Source of the DNA: Cladosporium halotolerans
Lineage: Eukaryota
Direction of reading: 5' to 3'
Assembly (NCBI RefSeq): GCF_011745625.1
Contig: NW_027191471.1
Span: forward strand, 62,001-126,000
DNA length: 64,000 nt
Below the pieces are notes generated by a model that was not told where the DNA came from, made no database searches, and saw only the letters and a program-made list of their open reading frames with translations. How positions within the stretch are numbered: position 1 is the stretch's first letter; each line of letters starts with the position of its first letter. Below, one piece after another: positions 33,443 through 45,494 of the stretch. Made by a program: the position numbers and the translations under genes.

Positions 33443-35526
33443 ATGGCAGACACAGACTCTTTCATCCCAGCCCTGCACAGACCGAGCTCTCTATTACCAA
33501 TAGCCAGCCATCGAGATGCACTCCTGTATACCATCGAGAATAACCCAGTGACCATCGTTGTGGGCCAGACGGGCAGTGGCAAGACAACACAGCTCCCGCA
33601 GTATCTTGAAAGGGCGGGCTACTGCAACGACAACAAGGTCATCGCGGTGACGCAGGCACGTAGACAGACAACTCGATTCCTGCCATGTTTTCAAAGTTGA
33701 CAGCGGCTCACAGACCAGAATAGCCCAGACGTGTAGCAGTAACAACAGTTGCAAAGCGGGTTGCTGAAGAGGTATCATGCGAGGTTGGCCAGAAGGTCGG
33801 CTACAGCATTCGATTTGAAGATGTGACTTCGGCTGCTACGAAGATCAAATTCTTGACCGATGGTTTACTGCTACGTGAAGCTCTGGTAGACCCTTTGCTG
33901 TCAAGATACAGCGTAATAATGGTCGATGAGGCTCATGAGAGATCATTGTCGTCAGATATTCTTCTAGGGGTCTTGAAAAAGATCCGCAAGCGCCGCCCTG
34001 AGCTCAGAATCATCGTGAGCTCTGCAACGCTGCAAGCTGAAGACTTCCTGAATTTCTTCAAAGATGAAGAGGCACAAGATGGTGATCACGCTAGCCAAGA
34101 AGAACAAAACGGTCGAATCGTCAGCATCGAAGGTCGAGCGTTTCCTGTGGACATGCATTTTCTGTCAGAGCCTTGTGAAGAGTATCTCGAGCGAGCGGTG
34201 AAAACTATCTTCGACATACACACTTCGGAACCTGTGGGAGACGTACTAGTCTTCCTGACTGGACGCGATGAAATCGAGACCGCAATAGAGATGGTGGCGG
34301 ATCGATTACCTTCGTTGCCCAAAGACGCAGACAGCATTCTGCCCCTACCATTATACGCTGGCTTATCCACAGAGCAGCAAATGTATGTGTTTGAGTCAGC
34401 GCCCGAAAACCATCGGAAGATCATCTTCGCCACGAACATTGCAGAAGCTAGCGTCACAATCGACGGCATCGTCTATGTGGTCGATTCTGGTTTCGTCAAA
34501 CTCCGTGCTTTCAATCCGAATACTGGCATCGAGACACTCACTCCTACGCCGGTTTCTAAGGCCTCGGCAACGCAGAGAGCAGGACGCGCTGGCCGCACGA
34601 AACCAGGGAAATGCTATCGTCTGTACACCGAATCTGCCTTCGACAGCCTTGAAGAAGCCACAGTCCCTGAAATCCAGCGTTCCAACTTGGCTCCAACTAT
34701 CCTCCAACTCAAGGCCCTGGGTATTGACAACATCGCACGCTTCGACTTTCTCACTCCACCGCCAGCAGAGCTGATCGTTCGCGCTCTCGAGCTCCTCTAC
34801 TCTTTGGGCGCACTTGACGATTATGCCAAGCTCACCAAACCTCTCGGCACTCGTATGGCAGAGATAGCATTAGAGCCCATGCTAGCGACATGCCTCCTTA
34901 ACTCGCCATCTTTCAATTGTTTGAGCGAGATGCTCACTATAGCCGCCATGACCAGCCTGCAAGGCAACGTGTGGTTTTCGCACGACAACAAGAAAGCCGA
35001 AGAATCTGCCCGCCGCAAATTCGCCGTCGAGGAGGGCGACCATCTCACCCTTCTAAACGTCTACCAGGCCTTCGTGACTGCAGGCTGCAAAGACGCCAAG
35101 TGGTGCCAGCAGCATTACCTCAATTTCAAATCCATGACCCGCGCAGTCAGCATCAGAAACCAGCTGAAACGCTACTTGGAGCGCTTTGGCATTGACGTCG
35201 GAGAGTCGCTGAGCGCCACTCCTTCAGATCCGGTCTTGCGCGTTGGCGGCATGCCTAAACCTGAGAGCATACGTCGGTGTCTCACGAGCGGATACTTCTC
35301 ACACGCTGCTCGAATGGCTCCCGATGGATCTTTTATGACGGTGGATGGCGGAACGGTGTTGCACGCGCACCCGAGCAGTTTGATGTTCAACCGTAAGGCG
35401 GATTGGGTGATCTTCACCGAGGTGATGGAGACTGGCGAGAAAACTTTCATCAGAGATGTGACAAAGATCGAAAAGAGTTGGTTGATGGAATACGGAAAGG
35501 ACTTTTATAGAGTCAAAGGGAATTGA
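33443..35526 (+). CDS. DEAH-box RNA helicase, DHX35-like
   Basis: GQTGSGKT, TQ|PRR across intron 33656-33723, DEAH, SAT, 'ATNIAEASVTIDG', QRAGRAGR, HA2 region; very short N-terminus. Confidence 0.9.
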
Positions 35527-35552
35527 CACTGGCGGCTTGTTGAATTGAAGGA

Positions 35553-36773
35553 TCAACCCCCTGTGGAGTCGTATGCTGCATCGCTGTCACTACTGTCAGT
35601 ATCTGTTTCCTCACCAGCACTATCTGTGTCCGAGTCCTGTGTCCCTTCAACGTCACTTGAATCACCTTGCTTGGGAACCTGACTCTCCAAGCCCTCGAGA
35701 ATCGATACTAGCCCAGCCCTCAACTGCGGGCTCTTAGCCTGCTGCACCCGAACATGCATCTCTCGAATCTTCTCCTCCAGTTCTCGCAATTTCTCCACTT
35801 CAATATCATGCCTGTCCTCTTCATTCTCCCCATCCCCATCCTCCTCCTCACGAGCCAATCCCTCCCCAAACGCCCTCTGAAACGCATCCGCTAAGCCCGC
35901 CTCCTCAATCGCAAATACTACCTTCTCAACTCCCTTCCACTCCTCACTAGACCCGCCACCACCGCCACGATTCCCCTTGCCCTTCCTTCCCTTCCCACTG
36001 CCACCGCACAAAACCCTCCTCCACGCCCCCGCCACCTCTCCAACCGGATTTCCAAACGCACCACACCCCCACGCACCAAGCACAACACTCCTTACTCCCC
36101 TCGCCGCAAAAATCCTCATGACACCCCTCATCTTCTCCACCATCGCCTCCCGATCCCCAGCACTCGCGTACCTCCCCCTCCCCGTCCCCTCGTCAACCTC
36201 AATGGCAGGAAACCGCAGCGCCGCCGCAGACAGCACGTCGACGAACCAGCGCTCGCGCTTCTCCAACACCCTCTCAGCGTCCCCTCTCGCGTCAGCGAAC
36301 ACCAGCACATCCGGCGACCAGACGCCGCCGACCTCCGGCAGGCGGTAGAAGTCGTCGCGCAGCGAGGGCAGGAGCGTCGTGCGTGTGCAGAGGAAGGCTT
36401 CAGGCCCGGAGGCGCCGTTGAGCGCGCCGCCGCCGGGCGCGAGGGCAGAGGCCATGTTGAGGATTGCGACGCGGGCGGTTTTGTTGGAGAGGTCTGGTTT
36501 GTTGGTGGCGGGGTCGATGAGGAGGGAGTGCGCGGCTGTGAGGGAGTCTGTTGTGCGCAAGGAGAGGTCGGGGATTTGACAAGGGGAAGGTGAGGTGGGG
36601 AGAGGTTTAGGGTTGGAGATGACCTCGGAGGCTGCGATGCCCTTTTTTGCGCGCGGGTGGGCTGTGAGGAGGGACGGTATGGTTTTGTTCAGGGTTGCTT
36701 TGGCGCGTTTGGCGCGGGCGGCTTTGCGAAAGGAGGCGGGTGGGAGGCCGGCTGAGGGTGTTTCGCGGCCCAT
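35553..36773 (-). CDS. Microbial-type PARG / DUF2263 (TIGR02452-like) macrodomain protein
   Basis: 'LNMAS...PGGG..NGA..E..LC.RTTL', 'SPDVLVF', 'VDVLSAAA', 'VVLGAWGCGAFGNP', 'VVFAI'. Confidence 0.85.
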   Translation of the reverse strand: MGRETPSAGLPPASFRKAARAKRAKATLNKTIPSLLTAHPRAKKGIAASEVISNPKPLPTSPSPCQIPDLSLRTTDSLTAAHSLLIDPATNKPDLSNKTARVAILNMASALAPGGGALNGASGPEAFLCTRTTLLPSLRDDFYRLPEVGGVWSPDVLVFADARGDAERVLEKRERWFVDVLSAAALRFPAIEVDEGTGRGRYASAGDREAMVEKMRGVMRIFAARGVRSVVLGAWGCGAFGNPVGEVAGAWRRVLCGGSGKGRKGKGNRGGGGGSSEEWKGVEKVVFAIEEAGLADAFQRAFGEGLAREEEDGDGENEEDRHDIEVEKLRELEEKIREMHVRVQQAKSPQLRAGLVSILEGLESQVPKQGDSSDVEGTQDSDTDSAGEETDTDSSDSDAAYDSTGG

Positions 36774-38596
36774 GACTGCTGCGGTCGGTTTTGAAGGTTG
36801 GGGTGTTGTGTGGTTGGTGAACCCTTGTCGTGGCAAACGATGTCAGATGTAGCGTGAAGTTCGTTTGTATCATCAAGGTGTAGCACCAGCTTCCACAGCG
36901 ACAGTGGTAGAACGGGACGCTGGCCTCAAGAAACGATGCATAGGTCGTGACCTGGTTGATACAAGAAGATATAGAGTTCTTGCTGGCACTGCTTTATGGT
37001 CGTCCGAATGACGACAACTCGTCAAATTGCCCGACAGATGAGAAAACCCCCGGTAAAAAGCAAACGGAATCGGACCTGCCCTTGCCACAAAAGACATCCT
37101 CAACACGAGTGTCTTCGCCTCGCACAATTGGTGCCCATGAAATACATCCGGCCGTCAGTCTGGTGTGCGCTGTTCAAATGATGATGCTAATGCTAAGGCA
37201 TCTGAGGCATCTGATGAGGTCGAGGTATAATAAGCCGAGGGCATTCGGCCGAGACTTTGGACAATCTAATTATGTGGGTTGAGAATCGCAGCTCTAGGTA
37301 TTTAGGGTGACAACAATGCAAATACAATTCTCTCGATACATGCCCTCAAATGCTATCGAATGAGAGACTAACATTTTGCATGATGAATCGGGCTCGGTTT
37401 CGACAGAGCCAGGAAAATGATTGGCATGAGCGCAATTGGTATCAGCTTGAACGAATCGTCTTGCTCCTCATCTGGACCTACCACATGGTTGAACAGCACG
37501 TCTTTCGTCCCGTCTAGACTTATGATGTATCATCGAGCCCTCAAACTGCAGAGACCAGGAATGTCAGCTCACTCTCACACCACAACTTTCCTCCACCGGC
37601 TAGTACGGGACCAGCGGACAGACGACTCGCAATCAGTCCACTCATGTGACAGACGGTCAAGCCTACCTGCCTCGGCGTCCGTGCCGCCAGCATCTTTAAC
37701 CCAACCTTGAAGTCTTCAGATAATGCCCCAAGACGGCAGAGCGGCGAACGGGACAGGCAATTCATCTGCCCTATTCAGCCTTGCGGAAGACCCTAGCGCA
37801 TGGACCACAGCTCAGCTACGCGTTTGCTGCAACCCGCGAGTGCTAAGAGACCGAGGCATGCTTCTGTGCTCGCTGTCCAGCTTGGCGACGAGGCGGTCGA
37901 TGGGTCTGCGGGTCAGCAGTCACGGGAGCAGGGCACGAGCTCGGCTTGGAGATTCGATGTGCAGCATGGCGCCAGCTGAGGCGAGTGGGAATATCACGCA
38001 GTACCTAGGTAGGTAGGGAATATCGCGCAGGCAGGATGATATTCGCGCACGGGGAGAGATTATTCGCGCAGAGGCGCAGTGCAGTGAGTTTGGGGAGGGG
38101 CAGCAGCGAAGCCTCGCCGCGCCGGCTTGTGACGTCGTGGACGAAGCTGCTCGATATGAAGGGCAGCGCAAAGCACCTTGCCAAACACTCCGTGACATTC
38201 GCGTTGCTGGCCAAGGGACGATGTCTGTGGGCTTGACGGCCGAATGATCGAGCCCAGCAAAGGCTTGCATGCTCCACTTTGTCGACAGGCGGCGCGTGTG
38301 CAGGATCTCGCGCCCACCTCACGCAGCCCTGCCAAGTGGGCGAGTGCTTGGCTGAGGAGCCGCTCCACCGACCCTCTCTGCAAGGGAAACGAACTTGGAC
38401 GACTCCGGCCAGAGCTGGCGCCCACGATGATCATGCCCGCTTGCATGTCCGCCGACCACTGCTGCTGCCACCTGCTATAGCGTAAGTTGCTGCGCGCGCC
38501 TGCTATATCTTGCTAGCTCCGCCGCCCCTCCTTTCCTTTCTCTCTGACACTCTCGTCTCTCCAAGCCCCACGCCGTCCACCCTCCCCACCTCCACC

Positions 38597-40189
38597 ATGA
38601 AAGACCCCGTCATCCTCCGCAACCTGACCGCGCAGCCTTTGACACTCAAGCTCGTCGAGCGCTATGAAGCGCCAAACGCGAAAGACTATCCGCCCAATGC
38701 TGGCCTGGGACCTGGCAGCAATGCCACCGCGAACATAACCTCTGGCGTCGCAAACATCACCAACAGCCTTACCAACATGCTGAGCAGTGTTGTTGGCAAT
38801 GGATCCAGCAATGGTAAAGGCCACTCGCCCAAGGGATCGCCCAAAACTTCCCCATCTGCTTCGCGCCGTGGCAGCCGCGCAGACCCTCCAGCTTCGCGCC
38901 GCGGCAGTCGCGCGGATCCTCCACTCTCTGAACACGCGCAAAGTTTCGCAAAGCAGGAGGTCGACATCCGGGTCGAGCCTTTTACCACAAAGAAGACGGA
39001 TATCAGCACCACAGAACGCGGACCGAACGACGTTTTGCGCCTGACATTCGAGGGAGATGGCGGCGGACGTTGGAGAATTGACACATCTGTCACTTCCGCC
39101 GCATCCAAAGACCTCGTCCCAATCACTCCCGACCCCAAACACGATTACTCCGGTGTCTACATACCCGGATCTTCTTTCCTGGCCATCTCCGAGACCACAG
39201 ATCTGCACAAGTGGATGTCGCACCTGAGCGACGACCTTCCCCTGTCCGCCCTCTCAATTCCCGGCACTCACAACAGTCCCACCCACTACAAAGCTCTCCC
39301 TTCAGTACGCTGCCAGGCCGTCGGGCCTGCCGAGCAGCTGCAGAAGGGTGTCCGCTTCTTTGACATCCGTGTCCAGCCCACAAACCCTGACGACAACAGT
39401 GACGAAAGTCTCACCCTTGTGCACGGCGCCTTCCCCATCTCCCTCACTGGCACCAAAAAGTTCCGCCCGCTCGTCAAGGAAATCCAGCAGTTCCTCGCCG
39501 CCAACCCCTCCGAGACGATGATCCTGTCCGTCAAGCGTGAAGGCCCCGGCGAGTCGACCGACAAGCAGCTCGGCGAGATCCTCAAAGACCACTACACCAA
39601 CCCCAAGCAATGGTTCACTGAGCCGCGCATTCCCAAGCTGGGCGAGGTGCGCGGTCGCATCGTGCTCATGCGCCGCTTCGAGCTCTCCGGCCGCCTGAAA
39701 GGCGAATGGAACGGCAAAGGCTGGTGTTTGAACGCCAACGACTGGGCGTATAACACCCCGAACCACACCGCAGGCGACATCTGCGTGCAGGACTTCTGCG
39801 AGGTCATGGAGAAGGACACGATCGATAGGAAGATTCAGCTTTGTAACGAGCACTTCGAGCGCGCCGCGGCGGTCAAGGTGGACAAGAACAGCCCAGCACC
39901 ACCCTTCTACCTCAACTTCCTCAGCGCAAGCAATTTCTGGAACGTGGGCTGCTGGCCCGAAAGCATCGCCATGCGGCTCAACCCGGCTTGCACCGCTTTC
40001 TTGTGCGAGAAGCACGCAATTGGAGACAAGGGCGCAAATGCCCCGGGCGAACCTTTTGACGGCGATGGCGGCGTAGGCATCGTCGTCTGCGATTGGGTCG
40101 GCAGGGATGACAATTGGGATCTCGTCAGGAGCATCGTCACTTTGAACGCACGCTTGGTGATGAAGGATAAGGGTGTCGGGTGGAAGTAG
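38597..40189 (+). CDS. Phosphatidylinositol-specific phospholipase C (X domain, bacterial-like type found in fungi)
   Basis: 'WM..L.D..PLS.LSIPGTHNS', 'QL..GVRFFDIR', 'LVHG', 'PSET.I.SVKRE', 'PKLGEVRGRIVL.RRF', 'GIVVCDW'. Confidence 0.9.
   Translation: MKDPVILRNLTAQPLTLKLVERYEAPNAKDYPPNAGLGPGSNATANITSGVANITNSLTNMLSSVVGNGSSNGKGHSPKGSPKTSPSASRRGSRADPPASRRGSRADPPLSEHAQSFAKQEVDIRVEPFTTKKTDISTTERGPNDVLRLTFEGDGGGRWRIDTSVTSAASKDLVPITPDPKHDYSGVYIPGSSFLAISETTDLHKWMSHLSDDLPLSALSIPGTHNSPTHYKALPSVRCQAVGPAEQLQKGVRFFDIRVQPTNPDDNSDESLTLVHGAFPISLTGTKKFRPLVKEIQQFLAANPSETMILSVKREGPGESTDKQLGEILKDHYTNPKQWFTEPRIPKLGEVRGRIVLMRRFELSGRLKGEWNGKGWCLNANDWAYNTPNHTAGDICVQDFCEVMEKDTIDRKIQLCNEHFERAAAVKVDKNSPAPPFYLNFLSASNFWNVGCWPESIAMRLNPACTAFLCEKHAIGDKGANAPGEPFDGDGGVGIVVCDWVGRDDNWDLVRSIVTLNARLVMKDKGVGWK
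38858..38923 (+). repeat. 33-nt in-frame tandem duplication encoding ASRRGSRADPP twice
   Basis: gcttcgcgccgtggcagccgcgcagaccctcca / gcttcgcgccgcggcagtcgcgcggatcctcca. Confidence 0.9.
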
Positions 40190-40338
40190 ATCAGTGGAAT
40201 GGTTCGGATACAAGAGGAGGGATGGCCAATCTATCTCCTTTGCGTGCGCGGAGCACTTGAGCTCAAAGGCGCGCAAAGTTACGAAGTTATGCGGTAAAAC
40301 TCAATGCAATGCCTTGAAGGCTCATCAACACCCCCTAC

Positions 40339-42200
40339 TCACTCCTCCCTCTTTACCAATGCCACAGGCCCATCGTACTCAAACCTTCCTCTAACTACAT
40401 AGTAGACAGCTGCAATCCCCAAAACACCAGAGAAGATCACACTCGCCCAGTTCATGCTCTCGACTGTAACGGGCGTGGCCACCGGCCAGAAAGCAAAAAA
40501 CCACATCGGCAGAATGAAGCACACGGCGATGATGTTCACCGGCAAGCCGAACCTGCCCAACGACCAACGCCGTGGCGGAAGCGGCGCGCCGTACAGCCGG
40601 CGCCAGATCAGCGTGCCGATGACGACGACGTAGCTGCTGAGGATGGCGACGGCGCCGAGGCTGGAGATGGAGCGCAGAGCGGTCGTCGAACCGATGTTGA
40701 TGCAGGCGAGCGCGGAAACGACGACGAAGGAGACAAGCACCGCGCGCACGGGGATATTCCAGCCGGGTTGGACCTATTAGACTTTCTGTCAGCGGCCGCA
40801 GCGCAGGATTGGCGAGGGTGAAGTTGGTTTAAGGTGAAGTGATTTAAGCTTACTTCAGACAGCCACGAGGAAGCGGGAAAACCGCGATCGCGCGCGAACG
40901 ACCACAGTTGTCTGCTAGACGTGGCGACTTCGCTGAAGCAGCAGGAGCAAAGCAGGATGACAACGATGGACGCCATTACGGTCGCGGCAGCGCGGCTACC
41001 AGTCACGTCGTAGAATATTTGGATGAAAGGTTCGCCGGTGGGCGTCGAGAGGACGCGCTCTAGGTCGCCGGAGGTGAAGGCAAGGGTGATGATTACTAGG
41101 AGGCCGAGGAGAGCGTTCGGCGCGACGCTCCACATGATCGCGCGTGGAAGAACGAGGCTCGAGTCCGAGATTTCCTCGGCTTGAGGGTATGTTAAGCGCT
41201 GAGCGAAATCGCCGATAGGTGTTGGAAGTTATGGACTTACACATGTGGACAGAGCAATCATAGCCGATGAGTACGTTTAACGGCGTCACCATGCCTATCA
41301 ACGCTGCGAGGCCCATAGAATCCCACCCTCCTTGGTTGACGTACGTGAGTAGAGCCGTCTCAGCAGGAGCCCTCGAACCCATGACCCAGAGCGGGATGAC
41401 AATTGCGAAAACACCGCAGATATGAAGGCCAAGGAGGATGCCCTCAATCAGTGGCAGCTTGACGGCCAAGAAGGTGTTGAAGATGATCGCGGCCGCGATA
41501 ATGGCGATTGTGATCAACGTGGCGTGCCATCTCTGTGGGACGTAGGATTCGTCGTTGAGAGCTATCAGTGCTTGGATGATACCGCTGACCATGAAGCAGA
41601 CTCCAGCGAGGTACACCTGCCAGCCGATTGCTGAGAGCCATCCTATCGTCCGCGTCAAGAAACGTGCACCATCAATAGCACAAAGGCGTCACTTACCGAC
41701 GAGATAGCTCAAGGGCTTCTGAACGCGTTGAGGGGCGAACTCGGAAACCCAGTGATACTGTCCGCCAGCAGTAGGAGACCTGCAACATTGTCAGTGTCGT
41801 TGCACCGACTAACATCTATGCAAATGTTGAAATCCTACATTGAAGCCAGCTCCGCAATACTTGCATATACGAAGAGCATACCGCATACGTTGACCAAAAA
41901 GCCCCAGAACAAATTCGCGAAGCCTCCAGTCAACAGAGTCAACTTGAACAGTACCAGAAGCACCTCCCAACTTGCCATGACGGTGCTCGCGAAACCCAAC
42001 ATCGTGACGAACTTGAAGTTTCGCTGCGCAGATTCGATTAGCCACAATCAGCTTACCGCACACAAGGCTTCACAATTACTCACTCTCAGAACTTGCTTCT
42101 TTCCTAACATCGCCATGTCTCTCTGGTCGGCGGTCGTTCCGCGATACTTTGCCGGCACTGATACATCGTACTCAAAGCGTTTGAGATCTTCCTGATTCAT
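40339..42200 (-). CDS. APC-superfamily amino acid/choline/GABA permease
   Basis: 'DM.MLGKKQVLR|RNF', 'SIAELASM', 'PTAGGQYHWVSEF', 'GYDCSVHM', 'SRQLWSFARD.G.P'; multiple TM segments and several introns. Confidence 0.9.
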
Positions 42201-43492
42201 TGTCTCGAATGCTGGTTGTGCACCCTTGTTCAGATCGATCGTTGGCGGTATCTTAAGTCAAAAAAACGACACTTGGAAGAGATGCGTGAGAGATCAGAAA
42301 CAGAGACAGGCCACACTCGATGAGAGGAGGGAAGAAGCCAAGAGCAAAAGCGGATCGGACATATTCTCTATTCTCAACTCGGAGATGGTCCAGTCCAAGT
42401 AGCTTGGTCCGGGGTCTCTATACTAGTTCCTTACGCCGCAATATTCGTCTACGGAACTCATGCATGCCATGCCTCATGCTTGCCACGCGAGTCTGCAGTC
42501 AACCATCCATACGTGCGATCGGCGCCGCTCCTGAGAGCCCAAGCCGGTATGTGTTCCGTAAAGTGAAACGAGAGATGCAGAAGGGCAACTATACCCCCTC
42601 GGAGTTGGCAAGGATGGCAATGAGATGCCTGGATGCATTGGAGCTGCCCTTTGGTTGTTTGATGTGCTAAAGGCAAGCCGAGGTGATGAGCCCCTCAAGA
42701 AATTCCGACCCCTGTTCGTTGCCTGTCGGGAGGTCAACTTGCCAGACCTTTCAGTCGCCAACATCCCACCTGCTGTCATGGACCGACCTCACTTTCTCTC
42801 CCACTTCCTCAGCTGTTGCGCATAGGTCCAATACACAGAAACTTGCCTCACCTAATGCGAGCCTGCAAAATCACTCAATACCATCCCTGTTGCGACGGGC
42901 TGTTGAGGACGACTAGGCTGATGCGCCATTGAGGCGACTTGGCCATCGGCTCACAAGCGATGCGGCGTCGCAACAGCCTGCATATCTAGCAAAAACTCGA
43001 CTTTAACCGAACAACAATCCAATCTCACGCGCTGCTGATCGCAACTACTTCCGGGCATGACTTACTCCCTCGCGGCAGCCTCGATAACGCAGGCTGTTTT
43101 GCCCAGGCGCCAGGTCAGACCGAGTCGTGCACCACGCTGCAAGTGTGTCCCGCACGCAATTAATGGTCGCGTCGTTTGAATTTGTATGCTTTGGCGAGAT
43201 AGTGAGAAGGCCAATGGAATAACGTCCGGGTCCACCTCCTGCTGAGGTATGAATTTGGTCCTTTTCGGCTCCAAGAGTGAACGCTCGCCGCGACATATTG
43301 CGGCGTCTCCAAAGCGCACCAGCTTCCTTGTAGGAATGAAAACGACAACAGAGCAAGAAATTGGCCTCGTGAGCCCTCTGAGTGTCATGTTCCCTGTGCC
43401 CGCCTCTACGTCTGAAGCCTGCCTTGCCATGAGAACATTTTCCGTTTTCCGCACAATTCGGTGCACAATTCAACTTTCAATAAGCGCCGAGT

Positions 43493-44900
43493 ATGGACAA
43501 ACCACAACTTCTTCCTGGATACCACAAGCCATTCGCGATTGTGGCTGACGATGATCACACTGCCTGGATCATGATCGCGACCTCGTTGGGTTTGACCTAC
43601 TCCTTACTCTTTGGATTGCTCAGAGCGATTATCTCTTGGACTGCAGGCCGCAAACGCTGGGAGTCAGACGACATTGTGCTGACCATTTCGACGGTACGCC
43701 TTATCTGTTTGTCGTGTCTCTGGCGAGCAGCCTGAAATGGATCTTGTACTAAGCCACCTCGGTGATCTCTTAGATACTCGCCGTCGTCCAATCTTCAGTA
43801 ACCCTGAGAGCATGCACGTCTGGGCTCGGGAAAACATGGCGATTGGTTCCACACCATTTGCAGAACGATGTTCAACAGGTCTTTCTAAACTCTCTCCATA
43901 TTGCTTCTAACGTCACAGACTGATCCTGTTGTAAGCTATTCTATACAGCCTTTCTTCTCCTCGTATTGGCGCTCGGAACAAGCAAGATCAGCGTCGTTTT
44001 GTTCCAGGCAAGACTGACTATCAATGCCCGCCAAAAACTGGGATTCCTATACCTTGTAGGATTCATCGGCATGTGGACAGCAGCTTCGTTGTTTGCACTG
44101 GCTCTCCAATGTAACATCTCCGCCCCCTGGCTTCTTGTCGACCAGAGATGCACATCTATGGTACGTAAGGCGGCCCGCTTTAGCTCCGCTATCACAGGAT
44201 CTACATATTGACTTGAAGGTGCTTTTAGAGACTTCGCTGGGCCGTCATAAGCGCTTTGGACGTTGTCACAGAACTTGCTATTGTGGCCTTGGCATGTCGA
44301 CTTGTGTGGAATCTGCAGATGCCTAGAGGTCGCAAAATAACAGTTGTGGAAGCTTTTGCCTGCCGTCTTGCGTGAGTTACGAACCGCAGTCCTCTACTCC
44401 TATCAAGTTCTCTTATTGACATGGCGTTGCTCAGCTTGATCATCCCTATCGCTTTCCAATTCGCGAATTACGATGCAGCCGGCCTCACGACCGACCCTAC
44501 TTTTCGAGAAGCACTCTTTGTGGTTTGGACTCAGGTTGAGATGCACTTTTCGCTCATATCTGCCACCATCCCCGTGTTGAGGCCAGTGATAAACAACCTC
44601 AATACGAGCTACAGCTCTCTCGGTCCGGCGGGATCATCGACAGCATACACGGGATCAAACGATATCTACAAGATGACAACGCTGAAGCCTTTGCAGCGCA
44701 ATGCCCTCAAAGGACAGTCTGGGAATCAAATTCAAGAGACGAACTTGGTTACTGCGAATTCGTTCGCTTCTGCCAGTGCAACAGGGAACCACACCAAAAC
44801 AGAGGCTATCGCAGAGACGGACAGTATTGAGAGCCACGGCAGCGAGCAGATGATAATCAGGAAGCAATTGTCTTGGAGGGTTGAGCATGGTGCGCCCTGA
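43493..44900 (+). CDS. PTH11-like (fungal rhodopsin-domain) integral membrane protein, no CFEM domain
   Basis: Spliced exons give 'DD.VL', 'GLG', 'SKISVVLF', 'QC...PW....C', 'DVVTEL', 'WTQVEMHFSLISATIP.LRP'. Confidence 0.75.
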
Positions 44901-45494
44901 ACACTAGAGCGCTGATTTGCAAGTGCTGTTGAGGTTCAATCCAACAAATCTATTCTGCGTGGTCATTTCATCATGATGAGGGCCCCAAACCTGTTCTTAG
45001 CACATTATCGTAACATAAGTACAAGATCGTGCCGGCCTTTCACCGAACAAGATTTGCGGATAGCCAACGATATCCTCATCGTATTGGACTGACGCATCAT
45101 CAAGAAATGGTCACGTGCGGACATCATGACTTTCGCAGGCTGTCGAAAGACTTTGCATCACGTGGCACGAGGGTTTCCAGAACACTTGGTCTCATTTGTA
45201 TCATAGGATCATGACAATCAGTTTCGATCATTGGCTCTGCATATTCTGCCGCTTTTGGTTCGAACGAAGCATGTTCCCGGTGTTGTGTGGCTGCAGAGGC
45301 GGGGCGGGGCAGCTGTGCTTTCCCAGCGCTGACATGTGAAAGTGCAGAGGCAAGCCGCGGCGGCGCTCCAGTGCATCCCTTTCAAGTCTTCATCCCTTGC
45401 ACACACAACACAACGATAGAACAAAAATCACACAGAACATTTCTACACCGCCCGTACTTGCTACAGGCCCGCTTCGGCTACTCCATCGGCATCT

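Noticed and set aside
36900..38500. Short ORFs and RTGATGA/CTGA words suggesting a C/D snoRNA
   Set aside because: No convincing C-D spacing, terminal stem or recognisable rRNA guide
43045..43473. Overlapping minus-strand ORFs of 134-142 aa
   Set aside because: No motifs; promoter region of the PTH11-like gene
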